The notes under the pieces are model-generated. The model ran no database searches, was not told the origin of the DNA, and worked only from the letters and a program-made list of their open reading frames with translations. Positions 28,441 through 43,555 of a stretch of 64,000 nucleotides of DNA are shown one piece after another; position 1 is the stretch's first letter; each line of letters begins with the position of its first letter. The stretch comes from Octopus bimaculoides (taxonomy: Eukaryota). The stretch lies in NCBI RefSeq assembly GCF_001194135.2, contig NC_068985.1, positions 125,869,319-125,933,318 of the forward strand, given 5' to 3'. The translations under genes and the position numbers were made by a program.

Positions 28441-29435
28441 TTAGTCATTGCGTTTCAAAATGATACTGCGGCGCATGTTCTTAGTTAGATGTGATAGTGG
28501 CAAGATATACAATGCTATTTTGTTTCTGAAGTTGCTGTTCCTTATAACTATGTATATTAACATCAGATCGTAAATATGTTTCAGAAAGGATGCTTTACTT
28601 CGTAACTACTGGCTAAGTGTGAAAGATTGTACGTAGAATATTCATCAAAAGATGAATATATGCCATTAAAATCAAACTTTTTTCCTTCTAAAGTGTTGCA
28701 CTTAGTACTAAATGTAGAGTGACAATGGAGTGAATCATTAGCTATTAACGAATAGCTAAACTGTATATATTTCGAATAATTAAATCCCTCCTTTCTTATG
28801 CATCCAAGCACATAGATGTCAATGAGGCTAGCCCTTATCCAGATTTGTAAGGCACAGAGGTGACTGAGAATACATGGGCCCATCGGAGCCTTTAGCGGAA
28901 CCCTTGCTTACCGCTGGAACACAATTTTCTGATGCAACATGAAATGAAGTGCCCTACTAAAAGATACTACGAACCACCCGCTCCGGTATTGAAACAGATC
29001 ACATAACTGCTGTAATTCCAATTATCTAAAAGCCACGCACTTTGTCCTATACATAGATACATAAACATACATAATTCACATAATAATTGGTTTTACGAGA
29101 TTATACGCACTCTCACCTGAAACACAAAATACTTGTCTCTCATTTTGCGTTTAGCTTTTGCCATTACACACACAAAGTGACAGACACAAATCTGCACAGA
29201 TATCTACCTCATACACGCAAAAGTACAGATACTTGCATAAACAACTAAACAAACAGAAAATTGTATACTGGCATGCACACAGAGAACTGTAATATAATAT
29301 AATGGAATATTATTATACACCGTTTTATGGACACGTAGATAACCACATCGATTTAAATATATATTCACATTCGGAACTAAACATTCACAAGCACATAGAA
29401 ACACACACACAAAAACATACACACAAACACACATC

Positions 29436-29469
<34 letters not shown>

Positions 29470-29747
29470 CACACACACACGCACGCACACACGCATACAC
29501 ACAATTATTTTTGTGATAAACATGCGCGCGCCGCGTGTATACCTATATCTATGCATATCGAGAACGTAACAGACTCACGCATACAGAGATAATTGTTTAT
29601 ATATGTACCTGCTTAAATGATTTAAACTATGAAAATAATCACAGTGTGCGTGCGTATATACGCACGCACATCATACATATATACATGTATACATTCATAT
29701 CTATATCTGTATCCATCTATCTAATATATATATATATATATATATAT

Positions 29748-29788
<41 letters not shown>

Positions 29789-29808
29789 NNNNNNNNNNNN
29801 NNNNNNNN

Positions 29809-29859
<51 letters not shown>

Positions 29860-30365
29860 CATATATATATATATCGAGCGATATAATGAGTCACTGAGTC
29901 CTAGATCGATGGTAGGAGAAAAGAGAGATGCTACATCAATATCGCAAAATAAGTATTATATTAATGATAACTATCAATTATCAAACAGACAATATCGTAA
30001 TGAAAGGGAAAATAAAGCTGTTTTAGATTAGGGCTACATTTTAATAATTAAGAACAGCTAATAAATGTTTACTGTTGAACTATTATCGTGCGAGAAGTGT
30101 ATGAATACATTGCGTTAATGTAGCATCTGATTGCACTTTATTGTTGCCTTTTTGATATTTTTCTTATTCTCATTGAAGGAATGGTGGATAAGTGGAACAG
30201 ATGGAGCGCTTGCCGAAAGGTCTTTTGGTACTTAAATACCTACGCTTACGATCTAAGTTCGAACAAATTCGATAAACTTTACCTTTCATTCTTCTGTGCT
30301 TCGTAAAATAAAGTAAAATAAAGTCAATATCAACGTCAATAAACCTATTCCTCATAATAGAATTC

Positions 30366-30417
<52 letters not shown>

Positions 30418-33288
30418 NNNNNNNNNNNNNNNNNNNNNNNNNNNNNNNNNNNNNNNNNNNNNNNNNNNNNNNNNNNNNNNNNNNNNNNNNNNNNNNNNNN
30501 NNNNNNNNNNNNNNNNNNNNNNNNNNNNNNNNNNNNNNNNNNNNNNNNNNNNNNNNNNNNNNNNNNNNNNNNNNNNNNNNNNNNNNNNNNNNNNNNNNNN
30601 NNNNNNNNNNNNNNNNNNNNNNNNNNNNNNNNNNNNNNNNNNNNNNNNNNNNNNNNNNNNNNNNNNNNNNNNNNNNNNNNNNNNNNNNNNNNNNNNNNNN
30701 NNNNNNNNNNNNNNNNNNNNNNNNNNNNNNNNNNNNNNNNNNNNNNNNNNNNNNNNNNNNNNNTACATATATATATATATTCATAAATTGTTCCATTGTT
30801 GGTGGGATCTACATATTTATATTTCACTGTACTATTTCTAGTGAAATATAAATATCCTTTAATATGCACAGGTTTTTTATTTGAACTGTTATTAGTTTCA
30901 TCTTATGTATGCACGATGACCGGGCAATCTTGTAACACCCACCGTGTTTTCCCAAGCAAGCTTTCAGACTCAGATATAAAACGGCTCAGCTTTTTGGAAA
31001 CAAAACGAGAAAGGAAGCTGGTCTTTGAAAAAAAAAAACAAAAAAAAAACTGAAAGGATGCTGGTTATTGATTAAACACAAGGAAGGGCGAGAAGGAAGT
31101 GAAAGTAAAAAAAAAATGTGGAGCGAGAAAGAAGAGAAACGAATATTATGAGTTGCGTCCCTTCTGCCCGTTCGAATCAAAATTAATACTGTTGATTAAA
31201 TTTGCCAGCCATATCGTGAAACCGAAAGCCAACTATATACCACATACAGTCAAGTGAACGATCCACGCTAAATGTTAACTGATCAAAGAGATGTTGGCTT
31301 TGTTCAGCCAAAAGACCTCATATCTTCTTTAGATATAAGACCTCTACTGACCTACTAAATTCCAAATCTGAAATCAGTTATTAAATGTAAGCATCTGGAC
31401 AAATTTCTTTTATTAAACTGGAAAAATTCCAACTTCTCCGAATCAACTATGCAGTGTCATAAGTTTTGACCGTCAACCTTATATATACTTCTATGTATAT
31501 GCATGCATGCATGTATTCATACTTACATACATGTACATACACGCACGCACTCGCGCGCGCAAACACATATATCGACGGAGTTGTTAGAACGTCGGATACA
31601 TTGCTTTGTGATAAAGGTTTCAGAATTTAACATTGCCTCTCATTCTTTCGGGCTCATGTCTTGCATTGAAATCGATTGTACTGTTTCTTTATCACTTTGT
31701 CTTTTTGAAACAAATTAGCTATTTTCAGACCTGATGAGAGATCGTCCCCAATAGGTTTTAAAATAGGGCCCCAAACTAACTGTAAGCTACAAAGGCTCTC
31801 CTACGTCTCCACGAGTATTTGAAAATTCAGTATAAGTGGGAAAACTGAAGATAAATTAAAATCGATATTTGTTATGATCATTATAATGCAACTTTCTCTA
31901 AACTCTTCAAGCCTATATACCAATAATTAGCGAGCCAATGAGTGAGCCTTTGTAGTCTTCCAGTCTGCTAGAACTAACAGCCAAATTTATCTCAAGCCAC
32001 TTATTCACGATATGGAGAAAAGGAGTCACGAGTGGTATTCCTTTGATCTTAGATCTGTTCTCTTAAGTTTGAACTCGACTACTCAGTAATAAAAATTATA
32101 ACAAAAATAGATAATTTTGTGAATATGTAAACATCCTTAATCCAGTGAACTGGGCCAAGGAGAACACAGTTATCATTCCTGGAAGAGAAGTATGAATATT
32201 CATGTCCACCATCTACGAATAAGTGAATCCATGATCGTATAAGAAATTAGTATTTGATTTGTCATCGATTGACGCCGTTTTACAATTGTTAGTAAACCGA
32301 ACTAATGGCCTTAAAATATCTGGTTTTCATTCTTTGTCTTATTCATGTTTCGCGTTCAACTCCCACTAATGTTAACTTAGAACTTCTTTCCTGCGGAGTT
32401 TCATATAATATGTTCCTGCAATACATATATACCTCTAAGCAGTCACAGCACTTGTAAGAAATCGTAGTTGAGCCTCATTCAAATTACACCTTATCGTACT
32501 AGAAACTTAAACTTTGAATGATGTGGCCCTAGATGTGCTGTACTTTGGAAGAGAGATAGGGTGCTCACAAATGGAAGGTTTTAAGGCTGATAAGGCCGAT
32601 GTAAGACTAAACAATAAGAATTTGTATAATACTCACTAGTTTTCTCCTTGTTCTTGTTGTGCACCGACAAGTCAGCCCTGGAGTAGCTAGTTTATTATCT
32701 AACATGTCGCGAAACAACGCAGACATTCCCATATGAGCCAGATATCACCAAAAAGTGGGGATGGTCACAAATGGAATACCTCTGATGACATGTTTGCTCG
32801 ATAAGAGTCGACCTTGGGCTGAACAGCGACAACAACGAGAGTGATGACAAAAACATGTTAGAGACACCGCTTCGCAATTATCGGTTAAATTCGATGACGA
32901 TATACGATAGTGCAGGTTTAAAATCAAATGTAAAAAAACAAGAGAAGTGAAACGAAACAAATTGGCTGAAAATATATAACCAAAACTGAAAAAATACAAG
33001 GATGAAGGGAATAGCAAGGATAATATAAAGAATATTTAGAAGTTGGTGGCACCAAATTCCGATAATTTACACAAATATTAACGTCATTGATTTTCTTCAA
33101 AAATTGAATCAACAATTTGAAGATTTAGAAGACATGATATAACGTTTCAAAAGATATTTTCCAGTTGTTTCTCTTTCTATTCGTTCTTGTTTACTTTGTT
33201 ATTAGAGTAAAGACTAACACGCGCACACGCACACACATACGCATACACACATGCACACACACACACACACATATATATNNNNNNNNNN

Positions 33289-33330
<42 letters not shown>

Positions 33331-33761
33331 TATATATACAGCTATGTGTGCATCATACATAATATATGTTTATCGCGCAAGGCAAATTCACTGCAGTATC
33401 CTTCCTAGATAATTACTCTTACGTTTTGTGTGTGTGTGAGAACGGAAGTATGAAATTCAGAGAGACATTTAGTGAAATTTGCAGTATAGAACTACGCACA
33501 CACACACACACACACAGACACGTGGTAAAGTCTTCTAATTTGTGGCGTCTAGGGTTTTTAATGCTATTTATTCTCATGCTTTCCTATTTACATATTCCCC
33601 TCCTTTCTGCAAGTTTCATTTTTCTCTTTTAAATATATATGTGTGCGTGCGTGCGTGTGTGCGTGTGTGAGCGCGTATCGTCAGTAGTTCACATGTCCGA
33701 AAAAGAAGCACACTTAAGTGTGTGTGTCTGCGTATTCTTTTCTTATTATATTTATTTCACT

Positions 33762-33920
33762 CATTTGACTGCGGCCATGCTAGAGCACCGCCTTAGAGGA
33801 TTTTTTTAGTTGAAGAAATCGACCCCATGACTTATTCTTTGTAAGCCTAGTGCTTATTTTATCAATCTTTTGACGAACTGCTAACCTAAGGGGATGTAAA
33901 CACACCAGCATCGGTTGTCA
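33762..33920 (-). mobile_element. SINE family B, 3' part
   Basis: Reverse complement of gacaaccgatgctggtgtgtttac...gcggtgctctagcatggccgcagtcaaatgagtga. Confidence 0.8.
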
Positions 33921-33979
33921 GAAACATACATATACAGATACACACACACGCACACATACATACATACACACACACACGC

Positions 33980-34018
<39 letters not shown>

Positions 34019-34739
34019 NNNNNNNNNNNNNNNNNNNNNNNNNNNNNNNNNNNNNNNNNNNNNNNNNNNNNNNNNNNNNNNNNNNNNNNNNNNNNNNNNN
34101 NNNNNNNNNNNNNNNNNNNNNNNNNNNNNNNNNNNNNNNNNNNNNNNNNNNNNNNNNNNNNNNNNNNNNNNNNNNNNNNNNNNNNNNNNNNNNNNNNNNN
34201 NNNNNNNNNNNNNNNNNNNNNNNNNNNNNNNNNNNNNNNNNNNNNNNNNNNNNNNNNNNNNNNNNNNNNNNNNNNNNNNNNNNNNNNNNNNNNNNNNNNN
34301 NNNNNNNNNNNNNNNNNNNNNNNNNNNNNNNNNNNNNNNNNNNNNNNNNNNNNNNNNNNNNNNNNNNNNNNNNNNNNNNNNNNNNNNNNNNNNNNNNNNN
34401 NNNNNNNNNNNNNNNNNNNNNNNNNNNNNNNNNNNNNNNNNNNNNNNNNNNNNNNNNNNNNNNNNNNNNNNNNNNNNNNNNNNNNNNNNNNNNNNNNNNN
34501 NNNNNNNNNNNNNNNNNNNNNNNNNNNNNNNNNNNNNNNNNNNNNNNNNNNNNNNNNNNNNNNNNNNNNNNNNNNNNNATATATATATATATACATATTC
34601 CTGAACGATCTTTGTCGAATAAATCGACACACAACATATTTTTCCTTTAAGCCTAACATACATTTTATCTTTCTCTTTTGCTGAACCGCTCAGTTACAGA
34701 GACGTAAACACAACAAAACCGGTTTTCAACCGGTGAAGC

Positions 34740-34802
<63 letters not shown>

Positions 34803-35152
34803 CGACGAGCTTCTTTCAGTTTCTGTATTGTCTATTCGATATATTTGGAAATTTTGTTCGACACGGTACGTTTAACTTTGTAAGATTCATATTTTTCCCA
34901 ACGATACTTTGACAAGGTATTTGCTTCGACTCTGAATTGAAATCGTATCGCAAACTTTACAGCGCGTACCTAGCTACATGGAGACAGTATCTACATGTAT
35001 ACATGGAAATATACACATGGTACGCTCACACGCATAAATACCACCATATTTCCCTATGTTTCATGGAGATAACAGTATTCGTACACATAACCTGAACGAA
35101 TAGACATTCTCATATGCAATCTCTCTCTTCCCCTTTTAGTTACTTTCCTACG

Positions 35153-35219
<67 letters not shown>

Positions 35220-37740
35220 NNNNNNNNNNNNNNNNNNNNNNNNNNNNNNNNNNNNNNNNNNNNNNNNNNNNNNNNNNNNNNNNNNNNNNNNNNNNNNNNN
35301 NNNNNNNNNNNNNNNNNNNNNNNNNNNNNNNNNNNNNNNNNNNNNNNNNNNNNNNNNNNNNNNNNNNNNNNNNNNNNNNNNNNNNNNNNNNNNNNNNNNN
35401 NNNNNNNNNNNNNNNNNNNNNNNNNNNNNNNNNNNNNNNNNNNNNNNNNNNNNNNNNNNNNNNNNNNNNNNNNNNNNNNNNNNNNNNNNNNNNNNNNNNN
35501 NNNNNNNNNNNNNNNNNNNNNNNNNNNNNNNNNNNNNNNNNNNNNTATATATATATGTATATATATATAAATATATTCCTACTATCTTTGTCCATCCTAG
35601 TTTCTCATACAATGCATAATTTTCTGACTTCTTCCATTTTCTTCAATGCTCTCTCTCTCTACTTTATACTACTCCCTACTCCTACTATCCCCAGTCGTCT
35701 TCATTATCTCCCCCTCTCTCTCTCTCTCTTTCTATCTTTCTTTGCCAATTCCTCTCTATCCCCATTCTATCATTTACTCATTCGTTCATTATCTTTCTCT
35801 CACTCTCTATTTATCTAATCTGATCCTTTTTTGAGGAGGAAGTCATAAATTTAAGTAAAATATTCTGTTTTCAAATGAAAACATGACATAAAATTGATTA
35901 TCCAGAACTAGCAAATAAACAAATAAACAGCGCTGTTTCTGTATGTCTAAAATAAATCTCTAATGGTATAATTCATTAAGTTTTATGTTACTTTTTTTTT
36001 TTTTTTCACGTTGCAGTCGATAGAAGCTTAAACTTTTACGCGAACATTTCAAAGAAGAGTTTAACCCTCGCGTGTTCTAAAGGCGACTCGGTTTCAATTT
36101 TGAAGTTGGAGTCGTTTAATTTCGCTTTCGCTACAAACTCTCTCTATAACGCATAAATACATTTGATCTAACTATCTAGGACAATTGCACGGCCTACTCT
36201 TTAGCTTTGGTTTCATGAGATTTATAGAGAGGAAAGATATAACACTTCCATTCTTGCCTAGAAAATACGACAGTTTGTGGCATGTATGGTCTCCGCGTGA
36301 TATGGCATTTATTCCTCTCAGCTAGATGAACTAATGCAATGGAGAAATAGTGTCTGTCATTTCCAACAATGTAATGATGATAATCCTCGCCAGGAATGAA
36401 TGATTTAATCCACCATGGCTATTACTCTCATATGCCAAGAGGATTCACATTCAGAGCCTCCTTAGGTCAAGGGAAAGAAGATAACTATATGTCTGAGATA
36501 GACAACCATATCAGGAGTTGCTAAGAAAGTCAACAATGATAAATTCAAAACCTTTAAATACCCTATTCCCGCCTTGTAAGCCTGACGAATTGTCGTTGAT
36601 TCTTTGTTGTGTTTATCCACCCTTCTTGAGTGGTAGTGTGTCTTGTCAAATTAGAGTGTTTTACTTATTCTCCACACACCAATGTAGGGTTGTCGGTTTA
36701 GACGCCGTTGGACCGACCATGAAACAAGCAGAAGTTTACATGGTTGCGACTGACACATAAGTTTCGATGTTATTTTATTCAGAATAAAACGCCAGAAATA
36801 GATTTTCACACATGATCTACAAAAGTAATGCAAAGATTATCTTCACTCAGCTGCCTGTTTCTATCTAAGTTTATTCAGGAAGTAGATCATATGCCTCTCC
36901 AAGGTCTCCTGTATAATTATTTGATATCAGTGCAGCAAATAGACGCAATACTCCATTATTTTACTGTGCTTTTGCTGCTTTCAGTGGAGATTTAGAACTG
37001 TTAGCTTCACGAAAAGTGAGCAAAAAGAATTATAGAAAATAGAACGCAGCATGTAGATTAATATATTTTCTATAGACATAAAAACTCATTTCGTCTTAAT
37101 GTGAAAGACTTCTTTGGGTATTCTTTTACATTTATGTAAAAGATGCAGTTTTCTACTGAGTATTATACAGTTCTGTATATTTAATTTAGTTATTCAATTG
37201 ATGACATTTTGGTAGGTGTAACAAGTTAATAATTCCATTGACGATATCAACGGAAGTGAATAGTCTATAATTATCTTCAATGTTTTCCGTTGAAAAAATA
37301 TGAAACATAAAATATTATTTATATTTTTTCCTCTAATTTTCTCCATTTTTGTTTTATGTTCCTAACTATAAAATTGCATTAGCTCACAGTAACAACGTTT
37401 ATTCTATAGGTTAAAAATATACAATTTATCAACTTTATTAAACATTAAACTTCTCGGTAGATGTAACGAGATTGTATTTCCTCTGTAAATGTTAGATGAA
37501 TGTGAAACATCCGAAATTATTTCCCTTACTTACAAATGAAAAAAAAATTATATTAGTCACTACCGGAAATGTCTTTTCCTCCAGGTATTTGATTTTTTAA
37601 AAAGTTTTTTAATGTTTCAAGAGTTAAGTAACTTGACCACAGACGTAGAACAGCGATAACGGTAGCATACACACCACCGGATCTTCCACTAGGAGTCTTT
37701 AATCTTCTTGATTTTGGGTAGCTGTAATTCTCTGAAACGT

Positions 37741-38045
37741 GGAGGCACATGGCCTAGTCGTTAGAGCAGCGGACTCGCGGTCGAGAGATCGCGGGTTCGA
37801 ATCTCAGACCAGGCGATGTGTGTGTTTATGAGCGAAGCACCTAAGCTCCACGCGGCTCCGGCAGAAGGTAATGGCGAACTTCTGCTGACTCTTTCGCCAC
37901 AACTTTCACTCATTCTCTCCTCCTGCATCTTGCAGCCTGCATCGGACTGGCGTCCCGTCCAGGTGGAGAATCTATACGCCAAGGAAACCGTGAAACCGGC
38001 CCTTATGAGCCAGGCATGACTCGAAAAGGAACAAACAACAACAAC
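37741..38045 (+). mobile_element. Full-length tRNA-derived SINE (family D) with 15-bp TSD
   Basis: Head ggaggcacatggcctagtcgttagagcagcgg...gggttcgaatctc and an (AAC)n tail. Direct repeat aattctctgaaac(g/a)t at 37726-37740 and 38046-38060. Confidence 0.93.
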
Positions 38046-40165
38046 AATTCTCTGAAACATTGTTGCACAATATCTCTACATATGCTTCTGCCAACTACTG
38101 TGAACTGCAGTCAGTTAGAAAACCGGTGTCTCTTGTCTGTCATTCTTTGAACCTTTATAAACAATTATTATATACAATCTTTATGTGAGATCATTAAAAG
38201 AATGATTCATGACTTAAGAGAAATTCTTTAACTTTTGCTAGTATTATATTCCAAAGAATTGTAAAGTACGGATAATTTCTTCAAAAGAGAATGCATCCAT
38301 CAGAAATTGAAACAGCACCTCAAACAACAACTCATGGTTTCTTCTATGTCAAACATATGTAAAGTAACTCCTTATTTTAGAAGAGATATTTTTATAAAGG
38401 TAAGTTCCGTACTTGCAAATTGATTTCATTTACTGTCTAAGTCAATTAGTTTGTTTTATGCAGTAATGCTCTTTTGATGCTTAAATAAACTCATTTCACT
38501 TCTTACATTAAGCGAGTTTTAGTACTAAACATTTTAAATATGGAAGGTCGGAAAAGCAAACGACATAAAAATCAAGTTTGTGAACCAACGATTAGTGTTC
38601 ATTGGTGAAGGTTAAGACGAAGTGATGTATGGTNNNNNNNNNNCTAATCCAAAAGACGTAAAATATATAGAGTTTATATGTGTTTTGTTGGAAAGTTTCC
38701 ATGCATGACACCGCCAAACGCTTTGTTAATTGCAATCTAATAGAATTGAGAAACAGGTTCCATAATGATATATTTCAAAAATATTTTACGCCTTCAGAGA
38801 AGTGAAGGGGCTCAAATATAGTAAGAAAAATATAAGAATATGCATAATTACCAGTAGATAAACCACTATTTCCTTTACGCTAAATCACACGCCCCCTTAT
38901 TTGCAGGATTGGCAAAATGATTAAAATAAAATGTTCTATGGAATATCAATGATTATTGTTATTGTAACTTGATCATAAACTATTAAACTTGATCGTAAAC
39001 TACTCTATTGTATCACATCGCTTGCAATAATGTCTAACATTCCCTCCCAAGATCTTCATTAAAATAAAGCGTTATAGAAAACAATACCGTTTATTATGCC
39101 AGAATATAAAACATTTATTGCAAGAGATATCAATCATCTTAAATGACAATGATTAAAGACTAAGCTTCAACTAAAAATCTTAAAGCTTGACCGTGGCATT
39201 TTCCTTTTCTCTACGCTGTGTGTTACAACCCTTAGGCCAATGTAGATATAACATTGTAATCCTCATGATTTTCTCAAAAAAGAAAAAATCAAAATAAAAG
39301 TAAAAGTGGTATGAACTAAGAATGAAAATCATAGATATATTTTTTTCAGCTTGATGTGGTTTATGTTACTGTCTTTCTCTATTCGATTCGGAATAACAAG
39401 GTGATAGAAACAAAAAATATCTTACTGCGCAGACAATGTGTTGTTTTCTTAGATACGCCGCTAGGCCTATTTTAGTCCACTTACACTACGGTATCAATCA
39501 GTTGCCTCTTATTACTGCCTATGATCAAGTACCAGGACTACCGCAGAAAATGTTTTCATGTAGCTTTTCTCATTGCCATCATGAGGTATTGTCTATTCTC
39601 AGTAGGTTCAATACTATGAATCACTTTTTTGCTGTTCATGGTTAATCATAAGTATGTACGCCATTTATAAGATTGGAGCCACGCCTGAAGCAGTCACTGT
39701 GAGATTTGAACTCGGAACACTAAGAGCCAGAATAAATACGATAAAATGCATTGCCTGACACAGTAATGACTACGCCAGTTCAACACCCTAGCCTTGCATT
39801 TTTATTTATTGCTCGCGAAAGACTGAAAAGCAAATCGACTTCCGTGGGATATGAACTCGGAAAACAAAAAGTTGAAATAAAAACTCGAAATGTTTTTCGT
39901 TCGAGGTTCTTACATTTCTGCCACTTCGCCACCCGACTATTTCTAAGATAAGCCAAATTAGGACGGCCCTCTGCAGGCCCTATTAATAATTGAACTTCAG
40001 TATTACACCGGGCGGCGATAAGACGTCCCACAATTGTTCAGTGCCGAGTAAGGAACGTCAGCATAGTGGCTTAATCACTTGACAGGTGTGGTCCGGTCTT
40101 GTAAATTCGCAACGCCCCCACATACACACACACTTCCGTAGGCGCTGCCGTTCAGCTTAAAACTA

Positions 40166-40424
40166 GTAAAAGGTAAAGTTACCTTATCCAGTCATGCTGA
40201 TTCATAAGGGCCAGTTTCCCGGTTTCCATGGCGTATATATTCTCCACATGGACGGGATGCCAGTCCGCCACAGGATTACTCCTTTTTGCTAGCTGAGTGG
40301 ACTGGAGCAACGTGAAATGAAGTATTTTCCTCAAGAACATAATGCGTCGAGCGGTCCAGGAATCGAAACCACAATCTTACGATCACGAATCCAACACCAT
40401 AATCAGTAAGCCACGCGCCTCCAC
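40166..40424 (-). mobile_element. tRNA-derived SINE (family E head) with 11-bp TSD
   Basis: Head matches 8748-9007. Direct repeat tcagcttaaaa at 40152-40162 and 40425-40435. Confidence 0.88.
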
Positions 40425-41233
40425 TCAGCTTAAAATTACTGACCTATAATTTCATTGACCAGTGTGTCATTCCTTATTTTTCATAAGAAGTTTGTGAATT
40501 TAAGGAGATTCTTATGCTGTGTCTTAGCAGGTCAAGTGATCGCACAGATGCTCATTCACATTACAGAAAGAAAGTGAAACCGACAAAAGCAGAAATATTC
40601 AGAGTGAGCGAGCGAGCGAGAGAAAGAAAGAGAGAGAGAAAGGAAGAGAGAGGCAGAAAGAATAGAGAAAAAGAAGAAAGAGCATATTGAAGGAGAAAAG
40701 TATAGAGAGAATATGAAATCAGAAAGACAACGTGCTCACTAGTTATATTGCTATTGGGATGATATCTGAAATACTTGCGCTTGATACCTCCATAATTTTT
40801 CGAGATTATCTAATTGTAATGAACTATCTCTTCGCTGACATTCAATAAACAATTAATCACACATGAGATATACATTCTTTATTACGGTATTGCTGCAATA
40901 ACATAGTCAATAAAACTATGGTCTCTTAAGCTCCTTTTACATTAAGATTTGGAAGCTAACGGAAGTAATAGCTACTCTTGTCATTTCCTTCATACAAATG
41001 TTTGATTTCTCATTGCAGAATATACATACATACATACATACATACATACATACATACGTATATATATATAAATATANNNNNNNNNNNNNNNNNNNNNNNN
41101 NNNNNNNNNNNNNNNNNNNNNNNNNNNNNNNNNNNNNNNNNNNNNNNNNNNNNNNNNNNNNNNNNNNNNNNNNNNNNNNNNNNNNNNNNNNNNNNNNNNN
41201 NNNNNNNNNNNNNNNNNNNNNNNNNNNNNNNNN

Positions 41234-41276
<43 letters not shown>

Positions 41277-43016
41277 ATATATTTGTGTGTGTGCATTTGT
41301 ATGTTTATATACATCTACATATGTACACATTATGTGTTTATATTTAAATAAACGTGTTCGTGTGCTCACATACATACAATCATACATACACTGATACATA
41401 CAATCATGTATACATAAATACGCACGTGCGTACGTACATACATACATACATACATACATACATACATACATACGTACGTACGTACGTACCTACGTACACT
41501 GCCGCCCCCACAATCACACAAATATAAATGTATTACATAAAGTGCCAACGTCGCAGAGAAAGTGATAAATTTGGGGTAAGATGACATCGGGAAGTGGTTC
41601 CAATTCCAAGCAAAATATTTCATACTATTAATTCATAATAGTTAAAGGATTATGTACTACATGTGCGTGCGTGAGTGCGCTCGTATGTGCGGATATTCGT
41701 GCACGTGTTTGTATATGTGTGTGCAAATGTATTTGACATGCCAAACATGCTTTACAGCTTATACTGTGCCCTTTATCGAATTGTCTAAAATATGATTAAC
41801 TTAGCATAGAGAGTGACACAAGTTCATTATAAATATTAGTAACATAGGCCCGTTACATCATGTTAGTCCGTGGGAGTGACGAGTATCAATTAGTCGGCCT
41901 AAGGATGACTGATGACACGCATTGTAACTTTGTATAAAGCGTTGAAGAGTAACCTTCTCGATATAATACAAGTAAAAATGAAAGACCTTATCCTAAGTCA
42001 TGAATTAATGGTTCATTCTTTTAATGATTTCACATAAAGAATGTATGTAATAACTGTTTATAAATATAAAAAGACTGACAGGCAATAGAGACCGGTTTTC
42101 TAACTGAATGCGATTCACATTTGTCGACAGAGACATATGTAGAGGTATTGTGTAACAATGCCTCAGAGAATCAACAACTCGTACGTTGTTTTTTTTTATC
42201 ATGGAGTTTATTGGTTAAGGTGAATTGATGCGTGCTATCATATGTATAAGAATAGGTGCTGTTGGAGATGTCAATCTCATTCTCTCATTCGTGACCCATC
42301 TTCAATCCAGTTGCAAGATCAGGTCAAGACGAATGTGGACCGAGGCGGACGCAGTGGACAAGTAAGATACTTTACTTGCCTCATCTTGCTCTCTTCACTC
42401 CACAACGCGTTGCTACAGCCGCTTTCCTTTCCCTTGGACAGTGACGTTTTCTTCCACAGAATCCGCCGGATCCAGTTTTCACACGCGTAAGTCGACAAGC
42501 AATGACATGCAATGCGTTAATACACATAGCTGGGACCTCACATGAGCTACAACTCCAAGTCCGAGAAAACCTGAAGAAATAGTGGCTAGGAAGTTGTTCC
42601 ACACTCCTCAAAACCAGGGCCCCAATACTGGATGTAGTTTAGAGTCATACCTAGAACAGGGATATACAGCAGTAACATCAACCCAGTACAAAAGTCAATA
42701 ACATAGTCCCATTATTGTCATTATTAACATAGACTCGTTATATAAACCAGTAACGATTACATATACCAGTAACATAGATTCGTTAAATCAAGGCATTATA
42801 CACAAAGATATAACTGCCACCACTAACAGATGAATGAAATCGACAGTTAAAGTCTTATATAGGCCTACAACAGAAGAATTAGCATGCCAGTCATTCATAT
42901 TAGACAAACGTAGGTTACTATTCATGAAAACCATTTGCCCAAATAATTTGTCGGCACAGATTAATTATCGTTAGGTGTTACTCGACTATTGTTATCAATA
43001 TATTGCATATTGCAAA

Positions 43017-43206
43017 AGCGGCGAGCTGGTAGAATCGTTAGCACGCTAGGCAAAATGCTTGGCGGCATTTCGTCCGTCTTTAGGTTCTTAGTTCAAATTC
43101 CACCAAAGTCGACTTTGCCTTTAATCCTTCCGGGGTCGATAAATTAAGTACCAGTTGAGTACTGGAATCGATGTAATCGACTTACTTCCTTCCTCGAAAC
43201 TGCTGG
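43017..43206 (+). mobile_element. SINE family A
   Basis: gcggcgagctggtagaatcgttagc...ctttgcctttaatccttccggggtcgataaattaagtaccag. Confidence 0.85.
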
Positions 43207-43227
43207 TATTTTTTTCTTTCATTATTG

Positions 43228-43425
43228 CACTCACTTCAGTCATTTGATTGCGGCCATGCTGGAGCACGGCCTTAAAGTGTTTTAGTCGAAGGAATCGACC
43301 CCAGGACTTATTCTTTGTAAGCGTAGTACTTATTCTATCGATCTTTTATGCCGAATCGCTAATTATGGGGATGTAAACATACCAACATCGGTTGTCAAGC
43401 GATGGTTGGAGGACAAATACACACA
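43228..43425 (-). mobile_element. SINE family B, 3' part, tail-to-tail with the family A copy
   Basis: Reverse complement matches 45120-45295. Confidence 0.82.
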
Positions 43426-43476
43426 CATACACAGATAGATATAGATGTAGATATATATATATGTGTGTGTGTATGC

Positions 43477-43555
<79 letters not shown>

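Noticed and set aside
37741-37815. tRNA-like sequences with A and B boxes here and at the other SINE heads
   Set aside because: They continue into SINE bodies with tails and TSDs and lack a closing acceptor stem, so they are not tRNA genes.
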